Shown here: positions 12,629 to 26,273 of the stretch, piece after piece
Position numbering within the stretch: the stretch's first letter is position 1
Layout: every line of letters starts with the position of its first letter
Source of the DNA: Ruditapes philippinarum
Lineage: Eukaryota
Length of the DNA: 64,000 nt
Direction of reading: 5' to 3'
Assembly (NCBI RefSeq): GCF_026571515.1
Contig: NW_026852595.1
Span: forward strand, 62,001-126,000
Made by a program: the position numbers and the translations under genes
The notes under the pieces: generated by a model
What the model saw: the letters and a program-made list of their open reading frames with translations, nothing else
Databases searched by the model: none
Told to the model about the DNA's origin: nothing

Positions 12629-12811
12629 TTGTGACTCGTTGAACTGTTTGGTTCGTCAATTGTGAGCAATTCTCGCTGAGTGGAAGAAAAAGATTTCCCC
12701 ATCCTGTTCGTTCGTACCTAGATTGTCCTTCACGAAAAATAACTGTCCTCTGAGTCAAAAATCCAACTGTTAAACAGACTGTCAAGAGGTGCACTTGACT
12801 CCCGAATCCAG
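12629..12811 (-). CDS. FUT8-like exon
   Basis: AGFGSQVHLLTVCLTVGFLTQRTVIFREGQSRYERTGWGNLFLPLSENCS, compare FUT8 GYGCQLHH..TQRTLIL..GWETVFRPVSETC. Confidence 0.9.
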
Positions 12812-13039
12812 CTTTGATACATAGTGTTTTGTTCGAGAAGAGGAGAAGAAATAAATGAAATTGAATTTTTTTTATAAAATAAATAAAAAATGATATGTTT
12901 TTTTTTCAACAAATAACTGATTAAGTGTAGCAAAATACAATTATATTTTTAGCGATGTATAACTGACAATACTGAAACTAAAATGTATTTAATTAAAACA
13001 ATGTTTACTTTTATTATCTATTTGATTTGTATGTCTTAC

Positions 13040-13091
13040 CTGGACGGAGCTCGCACAAAACCTTTTTTGCTGACTCGCATACATATGGGTT
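13040..13091 (-). CDS. FUT8-like exon
   Basis: tttacag|NPYVCESAKKVLCELRP|gtaag, compare FUT8 NPKDCSKAKKLVC. Confidence 0.88.
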
Positions 13092-13311
13092 CTGTAAAGC
13101 ATGCAAACATAATTATGAAATAGAAACAAATTTACGAAGGACACATATCAATTCAACAATAACTAAACATTACTGAAAACAAAATATTATGTTTTAGTTT
13201 CTTTCTCAAAAAGGAGCTTTAATGTATTAATTTTACTTTTATGTCCAGTATTATGGAAAATGTTTAGAAAAACAGAAGTGAAAATAAGTAATATTGTTTC
13301 TCAAAACATAC

Positions 13312-13417
13312 CTGTAACTCATACAGCTTATCTTGTACATACGCGGCAATTATCTTGACGTCGTCTTCTGTCGTATGAGTTTCATGACTATGTCCTTCAT
13401 TTTCACCTGGATTATCA
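13312..13417 (-). CDS. FUT8-like exon (stem region)
   Basis: ag/gt bounded; ends AAYVQDKLYELQ, compare FUT8 LVQRRITYLQ. Confidence 0.8.
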
Positions 13418-14292
13418 CTGTAAGATCAGAATATGCTATTACACTTGATATACACAACACTGTACTGTTATCGCAATCAATGAAGAAAAAAACGTTTTAT
13501 TTTAATCTCTTGAAATAACAAGCGTGCTGTTCATAATGTTTAAATGAGGAAAGTACCTCTGAATGTGAATGCATTTGTCCTGAAAGAAGAACAAAAAAGT
13601 ATTTGGACCTCCACACCTAACTTAACTTATATAAATAAGTTGCAAAAACTTAATATGGTTCATGACGAAGATCCTTTGGCAAGTGTTGAAGAAACTATAT
13701 TTATAACTGCTAATTGTGCTAGTTGATCTAGAATGCGTGTCAAAAAATAAGCGAGAAGTCAAACCACCGAAACCAATTCTTCTTTTGGTTGTTTCGGTAA
13801 AAGTGATTTTTTGAATTTATCCCAAGATAAAGGCAGTATATAATTTATTTCCATGGGAATACCTCCATGTCAGTGTCAGTTTTAGAGCTTCAAGAATAGG
13901 GCGATTTATTATATTTGGACCTACGTTCGCCTGTGCTTGAATCTATGCAACGGCTGAATACACTGTTCAATATGTTCTGTCCATGGCGATAAAATCAAAC
14001 ATATGTATTGAAATTGATTATTTCAAAATATTACCGACCGCATTCCAAATGCTTAGTTCACATACTATCTAAGAATGTTACCGTAATAGTAGTGCAGTTT
14101 ATTGCTCCTTCTTAGAGGTTCTGCATATTCGCCTTTTATTAGGATCTCGGATGAGTTGAATATATACATGTACTTACATTGAATAAGTTTTGCGGATGTT
14201 TCAAAGCGAGGTTCATAATATTGTTTTGTTGTTAATTTTATGTTTAAACGATGAGAAGAATATTAGAAAGAGTTTCGTGTAAATTTGGTTTC

Positions 14293-15605
14293 ATTGTAAC
14301 ACGGAAAAAGGCATTTACCCAAACTTTTTCGCGCAACGTCAAAATACTATACTGACCGAGACACCGTATATTTTTGTCATACAAAAAGGCTGTCAAACCT
14401 GTATACAACAAGAAAACAGAAGATAATTTGTCCAAACAAAGTAAAATCATCAAATGTTTCATTCCAATGATTGTGTCCTTTAATTAGAAGCTTAATTACT
14501 CTTTACTGCATGCAAACTGTTTTATTAAGTCAAGATACTGAACAAAGTTGGGGTATGTTGTGAAAAATTTGCTTTGATTGCAAAATATAACGACTTTATA
14601 GTCCGTTTGGTTCATATGACTGATCGAAATGCAATATATGCTATGTTCATTATTGTCGTTTTAACACGTTTACACTACGTAGATAACCATTATTTTGTAT
14701 ATTTGATATGATTTTCATCTTTTCATGTTTTCACGTGAGTACTTTAGGTACCATACAACTTGGTCAATAGTAAAATGTGGACACCGCATTATTCGTCCTC
14801 AAATCACCGTATTTTTATTCTTTTTTTTTGTATTACTGACGAGAGATATTTACATTGGTGTCTATGCATTTAAAATTCGAAAAAGAATCAAAACAAAATT
14901 CAACTTAGAGACCACTGCACTTATCTAACTTGTATTTTGGACATTCGACCCTCAAGTCTTCTATACAGTAACATTAATAAAAAAGAAAGTGAAAAGTCTT
15001 CCATTATATAAAACATGTGTGTAAGTAGATCCGTAACTCTAGAGTTATTTGTAAGGTATGGTGCAAAAGAAAACAATGCAAGATATTATCTTTCTAACAG
15101 AATAAAAGAACCGTTTTAGAATTCAGTGTTCAGCGGTGCTCAAACATTCATATCAGTAGGAATTTTTCCACCATGTATTTTCAAGAAATTACAATAGAAA
15201 CACACCCTTGTGTGTGGAACTTGTGCTTTAACCATTATAAATAAATGTATACGGGCTCGTCAGGTCATACGAAAAAAAAAACATCGTCGATATAGTCCGG
15301 GTTTGTGTTACAAGTATGGGAAATGTTGCTATGTAAACACTTTTTGTTCCAAATATGTGATGTTTTGCCAATTGTTTTGTATTAGATTAAAGATAAATGG
15401 TTTTATAAAATCGATGGCATAATTGGAAAGTTGGAATAAGTTTGCAATGTCTAGCAGTAAGATATTTTATAAGCTATTTCCTACAATTCGATAAGCCCGC
15501 AAAAAGTATTTTGTGCAGAAAGATACTGTGTCTCGGGCAGAAATATGACATTTTGATGTTGCCTTGAAAAGCTGTGGTAAACGCCTTATCAACGTGTATA
15601 CAATT
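14293..15605. mobile_element. Non-autonomous TIR DNA transposon, about 1.3 kb
   Basis: About 90-bp imperfect inverted repeats: acacggaaaaaggcatttacc..caacgtcaaaat..ccgagacaccgtat versus atactgtgtctcggg..attttgatgttg..ggtaaacgccttatcaacgtgt. Confidence 0.72.
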
Positions 15606-15959
15606 AGGAAAAATAGAATCACGAATCATTAAATCAAATTGTATTTACAGAAAAAAAGTCAACACAAACAACAATTCTATGTAGAAGTCGCTGATACTAT
15701 AACTCTGCTATTACCTATCGTATGGTAGTAGTTTTCCAGTAAAAGAATATTGTGTAGTATATATAAGGCTAAAAAGATCGATCAGTTTAAGCGTGTTTTA
15801 TCAATATTTTAAAATAAATTAATCTGAAAAACTTCTCTTTCACGTACGTATAGCTTATTTTACAGAACGTAGTGCAAAACTTTAGAAAAAAAAGGAATAA
15901 ATACTATATATTAGTATTCAATGTGTTCATTGTGGTTTAATTGAAATCACTTAACTTAC

Positions 15960-16082
15960 GATGCGTTCCTATCCGTATTCATTATCCGCAGAGGATGAAT
16001 TATTCGCAAAATGTAATACAGTTGGTATGCAACGGTTGATAGCACCATTATCAGGACCAATGTTGGTATTATTTTCTTTAAC
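15960..16082 (-). CDS. FUT8-like exon encoding a type II transmembrane anchor
   Basis: tatag|G..TC|gtaagt; reads LKKIIPTLVLIMVLSTVAYQLYYILRIIHPLR; phase 2 joins the exon starting at 13417. Confidence 0.7.
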
Positions 16083-17399
16083 CTATAATTATACAAGATA
16101 AAGTTCATACAAATGTCATGGCTGTTTCATCAGAAATTAAATAACTAGTTTTGTCCTGAATTATCAATTTTATAAACACTCACCAACGGCTATAATATGT
16201 TTCCTTGATAAAAAAAAATGTAAATCATTCTCTCAAATATTTTTCATACAACGTACAACACGAGTGAACATACAACAGTTCACAAAATTGCACGAGATAC
16301 GGAAAAAGTTGAATTATCTCTGGCGTTTCCATGCATTTCCACTGATAAGCGTACTTTACGGAACAATCCGATGCAAAAACAGAAGCAGACGATAATAGAC
16401 GCCACGGACACAAATCAATGCATGCGCGGACATTAAGTACATTTTTATCGGGATTGATTTAAGAACAGTGAACGGCCAAATGAACACGTGACATTACTAT
16501 TAAATCGGCCTGTGACATTCTCCAATTATAGGACAAGATGGTTTCTGACATTTTATTAACCTATTAAACAAATGTCTCAAAGTTTCTGTACCAATATCAC
16601 CAAAACAGAACAAAAAATATTTTGAATTACAAAATCAGAATGTATTTGAAAATAAAATGTTTCTATCACATGTGAATTGATAAAACAGTAGTTTCTACTG
16701 TAAATATGTGTCTTCCAAACATAACCTGAAATAAAAATAAGAAGCTGAAAACAAATTTAAAGGCACTGGCTCTGCTGGCAACAAAAGGCGTGTAATTGTT
16801 TCAACTTGAAACTACCCAAACTATTAATGTTTAAGGTAAAAGCTTAATTTAATTATTACAAATTGTAGGCTCAATAGTGCTGAAAATAACGGTACAAACT
16901 GAAATTTAAGTTATAACCCCCAACACAGCTGAAATTTAAAGACATTCGAAATTAATACATAAATACCTCTGGTACAACTGAAATCGCAGTAGAGTTCCTG
17001 CAGGAATAAAATGTTAAACATTTCATGTAAAATGACTTCAAAATAGGGCTAAAATGAATAACACTTTAGAAATAAAATATAATTAACACTTATAAAAGTT
17101 TGCACATTTATTCACCATCTTGAGAAGTGTTGTAAACAAGAGCTGTGGTTGATGTAGGCCTTTCTCCAAATATAATCGGTGCTCTCCGGACATTTTGCGA
17201 TCTCTGACTGTCAACAGAGGACTGATTTTGAGCCTGATGACTGGTATTGGTACATGGAGGCTCAGACCTAAGACCTTAAGAACATTTATCATTATTAACA
17301 CCTAACATAAGATTCAGAATTATAATGACAATTATACCTAGAGAAAGGTAAATTTTCTGAACTAGGTGTAACCATCTGAAAAGAAGACCTATTAGTATT

Positions 17400-19700
17400 A
17401 TAAACACTTGGGAAACCATCACAAATAACATGTTTGATGACCCAGCCAAGCCCAACGTTACACGCGGTTTTGATACCGGTCTCCTCCGAGGTGGGATAAT
17501 ATACTTCTCTGTGGTTTCATATTCATGGCTTAAATCTGACTCTTTTGAGCTGTCCGGATCCTTTCAATCAACATACTTATCTGGTGTCGGGGATACTATC
17601 CTAGATGTTTACCTGATATTTGGCGAAACTGTCTTAGGCAAGTTTATCTTGGTATCTTAGATTCCTGTGAAAGGTCTTGGTCCATTGCCAGTTTCCCTGT
17701 CCACTGTATAGACAGGTGCTGTCTGGCCTGGGAAGTATGTTAACAAGCATAGGTCCCTTTGAGACTTGTCATCCAACTTTCCAGTAGGCGTCATATTCTT
17801 GATAATGACTCTGTCTACTGCTTTAAGAGTTGAATATCGCATCTTACTGTCTTAGATCTTATTTTGGCAACCAGACTGCTTGGTTGATTTTTTTCTTGCA
17901 ACTTGACGAGCAAATTCAAAGCGCTTCCCGAGTTTGGCAGCATAGTTATTTGTGCTACAGGCTTGTATGGCGGTGAGCTTGACTCCCAAAAGCGTAAATA
18001 GCAAGTCTCAGATGCCAGCCAAAAAGAAGATAATGGGGAAAAAATCAAATTGACTCATGTCTAGTAGAATATTCAGCGTGGATTAGTGGCTTCAGTTAGT
18101 CTTTCCAATTGCCTTTCCTGGCAGGGTCTAAGGTACAAAGCATGTTGAGGAGCGCGGAATTGCGGGGCAATATAGGTAGTCATGAACATTTTTTATTATG
18201 GCCCACTCCAGACCAGAACACTCCAACTTGTGTGATCGGTAGTTATTCTCACCACTGGCACGTAGACCGTTGCTGGCAAAGCTAATCACACGTTCTAAGC
18301 CATCTTGTTCTTGACATAAACACTACCAAGACCTTCTGTTGAAACATAAATTGTTTAGAAAAAAAACAGCATAACCAAATACCGGTGAATGAAAAAGGTG
18401 AATAATAGTACCACACGCCTTTTGTTGCTCATCACCCCGAACCCAGGGAGTTTTACTGTTCTTCTTGGATTTCTTAAATGCCATTTAGTTGGATGACCTT
18501 CTTAAGGATCATTAAGTGGTGTCGCAATTTTAGCATAATTTTTGAAATACCGCCTGTACTACCCTGTAAAACCAAGAAATGTATGTAAATTATTAACATT
18601 ATGTGGTACTGGCCATGTAGTCAAAGGAACACTTTTATCAGGATCTGTATGGATACCTTCTGAGGAAACAACATAACTTTAATATAAAAAAAAACACTTG
18701 AACTGACCAATTCACACATTGATTTCACACATTATATTTATGATCATACTCTTTACGACGCTCGAAACAAACATCAATTCTGTTGTGATGTTCATCGAAA
18801 ATCTTCGATAAAATCAAAACATCATTTAGACATTATTTTAGGTTTAAATCACCCATACAGGTGTCAAGTACGTAAAATCTTGTTTGAAAAAATTACATTA
18901 ACAAGATAATTTAACATAACTATTATCTACACGAGGCAAATATAAGTATATTTGGTGGTTCTTCTGTTCAGTTGACACATATCTATACAAAATCTCAAAC
19001 GATTATCTTCGTTCCTGTCCACCACATTAACCTTACTGCAATAAGAAGATTGACTTTTCCCATTGCACCACAAACTAATATAATATTTCCCGCAAATGTT
19101 GACAAACTTGTTCATGCATAGATGGTGGTTGTTTAAATTGTTTATTATCAGTGCGTTTAACCAGGTCGGTTTTCCCAATATCTGTAAAGGATTTATAAAA
19201 GACTATTTCCCCAATTGCCTAAAATCTGTTGAGCTCTAACATACTCTAACAAACTTTCCCCGGGAACTTGTATACCTTATTTCTGTAATTTTTTAAAAGA
19301 AGATATATCCTGTTAAGAAAAATAGTCCAGGAGTAATCAAAATTTACATCTGAAATGAGTATTTGGTAGATTTGGTTATTTTGCACACATGGACTGGTAC
19401 ACTAGCATTATTTCTTTCACCATCAAGGGAGATAACTTGTGGACAAATATTCAAACCAGGTAATTGTTTTAATATCTGTTGATAATCCTCAGTAGACCTA
19501 AATAGTAAAAAAATGATTAGGATGAATCACAATAGGAAATTCGTTGGTTGACTTATCAGAAGTTAAGTTTGTAATGCCATTGCATCTAAAGCCATTCCGT
19601 ATCCATCTTAAGAAGAAATATCATGATTTAAATAATTGTTTACATAAACGCAACATATTTGTTTCAATAATACCTGGTAAACTATGGCATAAAGAAAGGT
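17400..19700 (-). mobile_element. Decayed Gypsy LTR-retrotransposon pol remnants
   Basis: Minus-strand fragments LRFCID..QLNRRT (RT), VVSSEGIHTDPDK, FLGFTG..NYAKIATPLND, KTPWV.GDEQQKA, RVISFAS..HKLE (RNase H) and DRVIIKN..GKL. Many indels; LTRs were not identified and boundaries are approximate. Confidence 0.8.
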
Positions 19701-20320
19701 AAACTTGTTCAGGTATATTTTCAGAAATCAAACATTTTGCTTCAAATTTTTACACAGCATAAGACTCGTTACCTTAAAAAGAAGGCAACTTTGTGTCTCA
19801 AACCTCGGTACCTGGATTTGAAATGGTTGCATAGAATGGTGTTCTTGTACTAACAGGAAAGTTGAATACTCAGAATTAGTTAGCACAACATAATCACCAT
19901 TTTTCTTTAATGGTCCTAAAATCTGCTAAACTTGAGCATCTGACAAAGATACATCTTAACCTAAACCTAAACCGGTGCTGCCTTTATCAGAAACACCCTC
20001 AAAAGATGTTGGAAAAAAGAAACTTTAATAATACTTGAAAAACAATAATTACACAAATATAATATGATAATTGCTGAACATGGTAAACCTGAAATTCAAA
20101 TAATAAAATTCACATTTGATATGGCCACCACCATGGAATATTTTCGCTGAAATAAATATGAGCACCGTCATGCGATTTGGGGTCCTAATGACATAATGCG
20201 CAAACGTCATAAATGACGTCAAAAGTCATACCGGAAGATCATTGCGAAACTACACATGTTAATCTAGAAGTTTTGTTTACGACAATTATCGACAGGTTAC
20301 ACGTATTTTCTTTGCGTAAA

Positions 20321-23300
20321 ATGGCCGAAGAGCTAGAGGTAAGTTTCTTTATTCGTGTTTTTTAACAATCTACTGTATGTTTATGTTTTAAATCTGATTT
20401 CATTTGAATCAATAATGTTTTGAAGGTCAGTCGGTATTTGAAAACGAAAGTAGAATACATTCGTGAATCTCTTTTCACACCAGGTGCCTATTTAAACGCT
20501 GGAAAAAAGTTTATCATGGTTTATAGACTAGCATGAATGTTTCGACATTTATCTTTTTTTCTAGAGCTATTTTTATTTTCATCTAGAACTAGAATCTAAT
20601 AAATTAAAAGAAAAATATTTGCCGCTTTGCGAGACTAATCCTAGATGTAGTCTACATGAATATAGATTCTACTTACACATGAATATATTTACACATAACG
20701 AATAAACACTTTAAACACTTTAAACTTTGGTATATGAATCGTACATGTACATGATCGTACAACTAATTTGTTAAATAGCTGGAATTAGTGTGTAACTGTC
20801 GAACCGCGCTGTTTTTCAGTTTAAACACCGCCATTGTATAAAGAAAATATTTCTTCATTGATAAATGTAAATGCCTCTGTAGCTTTTCGTGCGGGCGGTT
20901 GAGGTTCAAAACCTGCCTCTCTCTTATTTTTTAGGCATCTTTTTAATCACATGCTGATTAAACAAATAGCAAAGAGTTTAACAGTAAAATGTTAAATTTT
21001 TAGATTTTGCATTTAATTTTTCTATTTATTAGTCATTTATGTTTGATTTTAGATTTTGCATAAAGAGGTATGATTAATTTTATTTTCAGGAACTAGAGAG
21101 CCTTTTATCAGAGCATTTTGGCAGAACACCGTTGACTGCACCCTGTAATACCCAGGAAGATGTTAGTAGCGACAGCGGTTCTGACCAAGACATCAGGGAA
21201 AATAGTATAGTGGAGAGCCGTGTGCGAGACTTCCTCTACCAGGATAGAGGTGCAAGTACTGGTGCAAATGGTTGTTCGGAAGACATTGAAAGGGATGAAG
21301 AGCTTGAATGGTCCGATGAAGATGAATTCTATGATGATTATGTTGAACCAGATTATGACCACAAGCAGGTTGAACTTCATAAATCTAGTAAATGTTGTAG
21401 GTTAGCATGTAGCGGAAAATTCACTAAAGATCAAATATATCAGTACCTACTTAATATGAAAGAAATGGAAAAAGAAACAAAGGAAAAATAACATTATGGG
21501 TCTGATAAATGATGAAAGATCTACAGAAAAAACACAACGTGGTAAAAAACGTCAAAGAATGAGAAGAAAGTATACGTTACATGGTACTGAAGTATGTAAA
21601 AAGACATTTCTACTTTGTCATGGCATAGGGAAGAAAACACTAAGTAGCTTAAGTAAGCAAGTTTTTCAGGAAGGTATGGCTCCACGTATACATGGAAATA
21701 CTGGCAGAAAACCACATAATGCTATTACCTTTGACGACGTTACAAGAGTAATACATTTTATAAGTATGTTTATCTCCTTTTTCTTGATTTTTAGTTATGT
21801 TTATGAAATATAACGTTTAAAATCTATGGATTTTGATACTATTCCAGTTTACAGGAAAGTTTGATAAACCTTTAGTTGTGAAATTGCTAACTTTTTACAT
21901 TAAAGGAGAGGGACACGTACAACACATGTTTAAGAAGAAGTGCTGATGAAGATGAATCCTTTCATTTTACCTTTGATTTTTGTCAAAACGTGAGTTTGCC
22001 ACATCACGCAAGACAAATGGGACCGTTGTATTTTCTTTCATTGCGAAAAGTACAGATTTTTGGTTTCCGTATAGACGGTATCCCTAAGCAACTGAATTTT
22101 TTGATTGATGAAAACGAGACAGTAGCAGAGGATGGATCCAAAACACATGGCCCTGATGCAGTTATTTCCATGGTTGATTGGGCACTACAGGAACATTGTG
22201 TTAGAGCAAGAAAGTTTTCAATCCATGCTGATAATTGTCCAGGTAAATTATACACATTTCATTCTGTTTAAAGGCACATTTATACTTCGGAAATCAATAT
22301 TTTATTTTAATTCTTCAGAAAAATATAAAACGTATTTAATAATTCTAATTTATATATTTAGAGCATGTGGAATGTTGAACAACTGAAAAAATAGTGCAAA
22401 GTGTACAGTACGTAATGTGTTGTAAAAGTAAGAAAAATGTTAAAGTGTAGTATTTTGACTTCCATGCAAATACTAATTCTAATAGAGCAAAATAAGTTAA
22501 AGAAAGTTAACCTTTATAGCAAATGAGTTTTTTTTTGTAGAAAATGGAACTTGATGCCGACAAAATGTTTTTTGAGAATAAAATAGATAGCATATATGAG
22601 GCATAATATGGGCCTTTAAGTATGTAACAGTACTGAAATAACTAACTTCTTTTTGTATCATTACAACATTATAATGGATATTTTTGGTTTATAAAGATCT
22701 TATTTTATATACAAGCGTTAGTTTGCATTTGATTAAAACTACATAAAAATATAGTTAATTAATCTGCGGGATGATAAATTTGTTTTATTGTTATAAATGA
22801 AAAATACCCCGATAATACTGTTATATTCATTCTCGCTTTTCAGGGCAGAACAAAAATAAGTATGTGCTTGCTTATTTTATGTGGAGAGTAATGACTGGTC
22901 AGAATGAAGTAATAGAATACTTAATGCAAATTCCAGGTAAGTTGATAATATTCTTTACACGCTAGTGATTCTACGTGCACCGTTTTTAAAAAGCATAAAA
23001 AACTATCATTTAATTTTGATTTACTCAATAAAAAGAAAATAGGAACAGATTACGATACATTATCAGGCTGAAAATCGCTTTTACGTACGCAGTTATTAAA
23101 TTGCGATCCATGATGACACATGATAGCCTGCGGAAAGCGGTTTTTATAAATAAAGACACTGCTATGTTCTCTTGATCGAGACATCACGATAATACCGCTA
23201 ATACATAAAAAACAGACATTCTGCTTGATATGTTTATGTATTTCGGAATGTTAAAACATTCATTGTTAGTTTTACTCAAAATGCTTTGTGTCTAAACGAC

Positions 23301-23679
23301 ATGCAAGAAATTGTTGTTTCTTCCTGGCAAAGATTTTTTAGTATGGAAATAATGTGCAGCAATTTACAACTTTACATTGTCATGCTAAAATGTTCAGCCT
23401 TGTTATATTGAAACAGGACACGCCCGGTGTTTAGTAGATTCCGGCTTCGCCCACATCAAGCGAGTATATAGACGAACAGATGTAGAGACGCTTGGACAGC
23501 TTGAAAATGTTGTAAACAAATCATCAAAAACAAATGTTGCTGTCCGTTTTCCACAATGGGCATGGAGAAATTTGAAGTCGTTCTTAGAGGGAAAATTTAA
23601 AGCAGTGAAAGGAATAAGGTAGTTAACAGATGCAACATACAGAAACTGCTTTAATAATAATAACAATAATAATAATAAT

Positions 23680-23724
<45 letters not shown>

Positions 23725-24187
23725 AATAATAATAATATCCTTATAATACTAAAATAGTGGTAGTAATGATGTTACAAATAAATAATAGAAATAATTATGA
23801 TAAGAATAATATAATTAGGATAGAAGTTATCGTATTTGAAATTTAAAAAAAATATGATTTTTAATCAGTATAACTTTCATAATAAAACTTATATTGTGAG
23901 CTTAGCAGAAATGAGATGATGAGTTTTAATTTCAGGAAATATCAGTAGTTCCGGTTTACTGCAGACGAACCAGGTATTGTTACCGTGCGAATTTCATCTG
24001 ATGATCAAAATGAGGAAAAGATTTGTATTTTAAAGCATCAGTCTTCGCGTTTTGAAGCGGCTGTAAGACCAGAACCAATTCAACAACAAGTGGGCTTAGT
24101 CAACGGTGGCAAACCTACCTGAACAACTCCGTACGTCCATACGTCAGACCAGCGTACAGAGACGAGTTTTGCGGTGTACACATTTGA
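20321..24187 (+). pseudogene. Spliced Sola2 transposase, inactivated
   Basis: Exons 20321-20338, 21090-~21763, ~21903-22242, 22844-22936, 23417-23618, 23936-24187. Motifs FTFDFCQN, GPLYFLSLRK, HADNCPGQNKN, PGHARCLVDSGF. Frameshift at ~21490, TAG at ~23946, and a frameshift near 24100. Confidence 0.85.
23653..23736. repeat. Compound (AAT)n(CAT)n(AAT)n microsatellite
   Basis: Direct repeats inside a transposase intron. Confidence 0.95.
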
Positions 24188-26273
24188 AGCAAATGTTAAA
24201 AATAGAGAAATAAAAAAATATTGATTGATAAAACTTAATTCTTTTTTGTTTCAAGAAATCTTATATCCGTTTCATGTTTTAACAGACAGCTCCATTAAAT
24301 TAACATTTCAAAAAATGTTACTCAGAACTCAAAAAAAAGATATATTTGGCCATGATAATAACATCATATATAATGTACCACTACAATACCATTTACTTAT
24401 TCATTATTTCAAGTTAATAAGGCCTAATATGTTTTTCCCTCGCCAAAAAATAGTATAATCATTTAAACACACCTAATGCAAGAAAAAGCGGGAAACGATG
24501 ACGTGATAAATGGGAAACATTGACGTCAATTTAGCGACGACAACAACAACGTCAAGAAGTTTCAACATGACGTTGTGAAATAAGTCATATTGAAAAAAAT
24601 AATAATTTCTTTTGCATATGAATTATATCCCTAGAAAGCATATTTCATGAGCTTTAATTTGATGTGAAAATCTCAAAATCGATAAAAATGTCATTAAGAC
24701 CCCAAATCGCATGACTGTGCCCATATATATTCAGACAATGATATACTACCGATGTAATCAAAAGTCACGTTTAACGTCAAGAACGTTTTATATAAATATT
24801 AGATCTGATGTTATATTTAAACATTGAATCAAATCTATTTTAAAATCATTACACTTATAGACAAACTTTATGTTTTGAATCTATGAAATTCAGATAAGTG
24901 ATCACGTATATTGACTATATTAAAGAATACGAAGGCCCTTTATCAAAAAATAAGCGCAAAGTTGCGATAGAGGAAACAAAATTTTGTTTAAGTAGACAAT
25001 GTTGAGTATTATGTTCTCAAAGAGGCATGACACCAAGTTAAAATTAAGCATCTTCTTTTCCAGAAATGTTAAAAGTGATATGCGCTGTTCATATCATCAG
25101 ATATGGGAAAGTGGTTAAAGTTGTTCTCTTCAAATAACTAATAAACTTGCCTCTCACCTATGTGGGTTCAAATCTCGCAAAGGACTTTTAACTCTTTCTT
25201 GTGAGGAAGCTATCCAACTTATTTATACACCGCTGGAGAATGACTCAGATTCCCTTTTGTACCGGAAATACTGGACGTTTTTTAAGGAAATCTTAGGTCT
25301 ACCTACACCATTATGTACGACATTCATAATAAGTTATAGTGTTACATACACATTTATTTCTAATAACTTATTGACCTAACGTTCCATCGGAGTTATAAAT
25401 ATAAAAGAACCGAGAAACATATATTTAAAATACTATGATAATATATAAATAGAAACATGTCTTACCCTGTCTCACTTTTAACTTTTTTGTTTTGCTCAAT
25501 TCAGTGTCCCAAAGTTTTTGTAAGCGTGACGTGGCATTCGTCATATATCGATTATTTCCAATTGGAATTTGTACTCGGCATATAAATATGTTGTTGTAAT
25601 AATCTATTCAAGTGTCCGTTTAAAGCTGTTATATCAGAATATCAATCATTAATCAAAATGTAAGGACAACACGAAAAGTACGTCCAGTAGAATGATTAAA
25701 AGAGCATTTTCTCTTTAAAGGCACCGGACACTTGAATATTTCTTGCATTTAATTCCTCTCTGTCACTCGAACATTTACAATTTTGCCTCATCGATGCATG
25801 AAGGTGCTGCAAGTGAAAACATTCAAATGCGCAATAAGTCAAATCAGTTTAAAAGACCGAGATATCCGAACCGAATTTTTTAACACTATAAAGGCGATTT
25901 TTGAGTAACACACTATGACACAGTTGAATTTTTAAGGCACATTTCTGATGTATTATATTATCGACATCTCGTTATGTGAAAAATATGACATTATATTAGG
26001 ACATTGTCACTTTACCGGTTTATCTTCTACAGGTCCTATACACATCGCGTCTACTAGTTTGATATTTCCTTCTTTTAGGGATACATGAGAAATTATAAAA
26101 AACATAAATGGAGATCTTGACTATTTACCTTTAAAATGCGTTTAGACTTCGTTTCAGGAAGATTTCTATTTGACTTAATTCATTGAGTGTAAGAAGTATC
26201 GAGTGGAGTGGTCACAAGCACGGATATTAGGACAGACGGACACATATGCAATTCTTGTTCCAATCTTGCCTTG

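Larger units (their letters stand above)
857..16082 (-). pseudogene. Alpha-1,6-fucosyltransferase (FUT8/GT23)-like gene, 8 coding exons found, SH3-less, disrupted
   Basis: GT-AG exons with matching phases: 15960-16082, 13312-13417, 13040-13091, 12629-12811, 11721-11954, 10791-10973, 1770-1923, 857-1006. The translation follows FUT8 in order: LQNPYVCESAKKVLC; GFGSQVH..RTVIF..GWGNLFLPLSENC; HRNPQLWWAGQ..ILRP; GLHIRRTDK..EA; FLVTDEP; DIFLLSMCDYLVCTMSSNICRLAFELM. There is a frameshift at 11753-11760 and a TAA at 965-967. The ATG-bearing exon was not located. Confidence 0.88.
20160..24722 (+). mobile_element. Sola2-type DNA transposon, full termini
   Basis: About 35-bp TIR gagcaccgtcatgcgatttggggtcctaatgacat / atgtcattaagaccccaaatcgcatgactgtgccc. 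GRG..CYC termini, 4-bp ATAT TSD (20156-20159 and 24723-24726), DDD transposase inside. Confidence 0.88.

Noticed and set aside
13557-13579. 23-nt ag..gt micro-exon candidate in the FUT8-like gene
   Set aside because: The flanking exons already join in phase; including it would shift the frame.
16778-18428. 16-bp inverted match gcaacaaaaggcgtgt
   Set aside because: The right copy is Gypsy coding sequence (EQQKA). The match does not extend and there is no TSD, so it is not a supported TIR pair.
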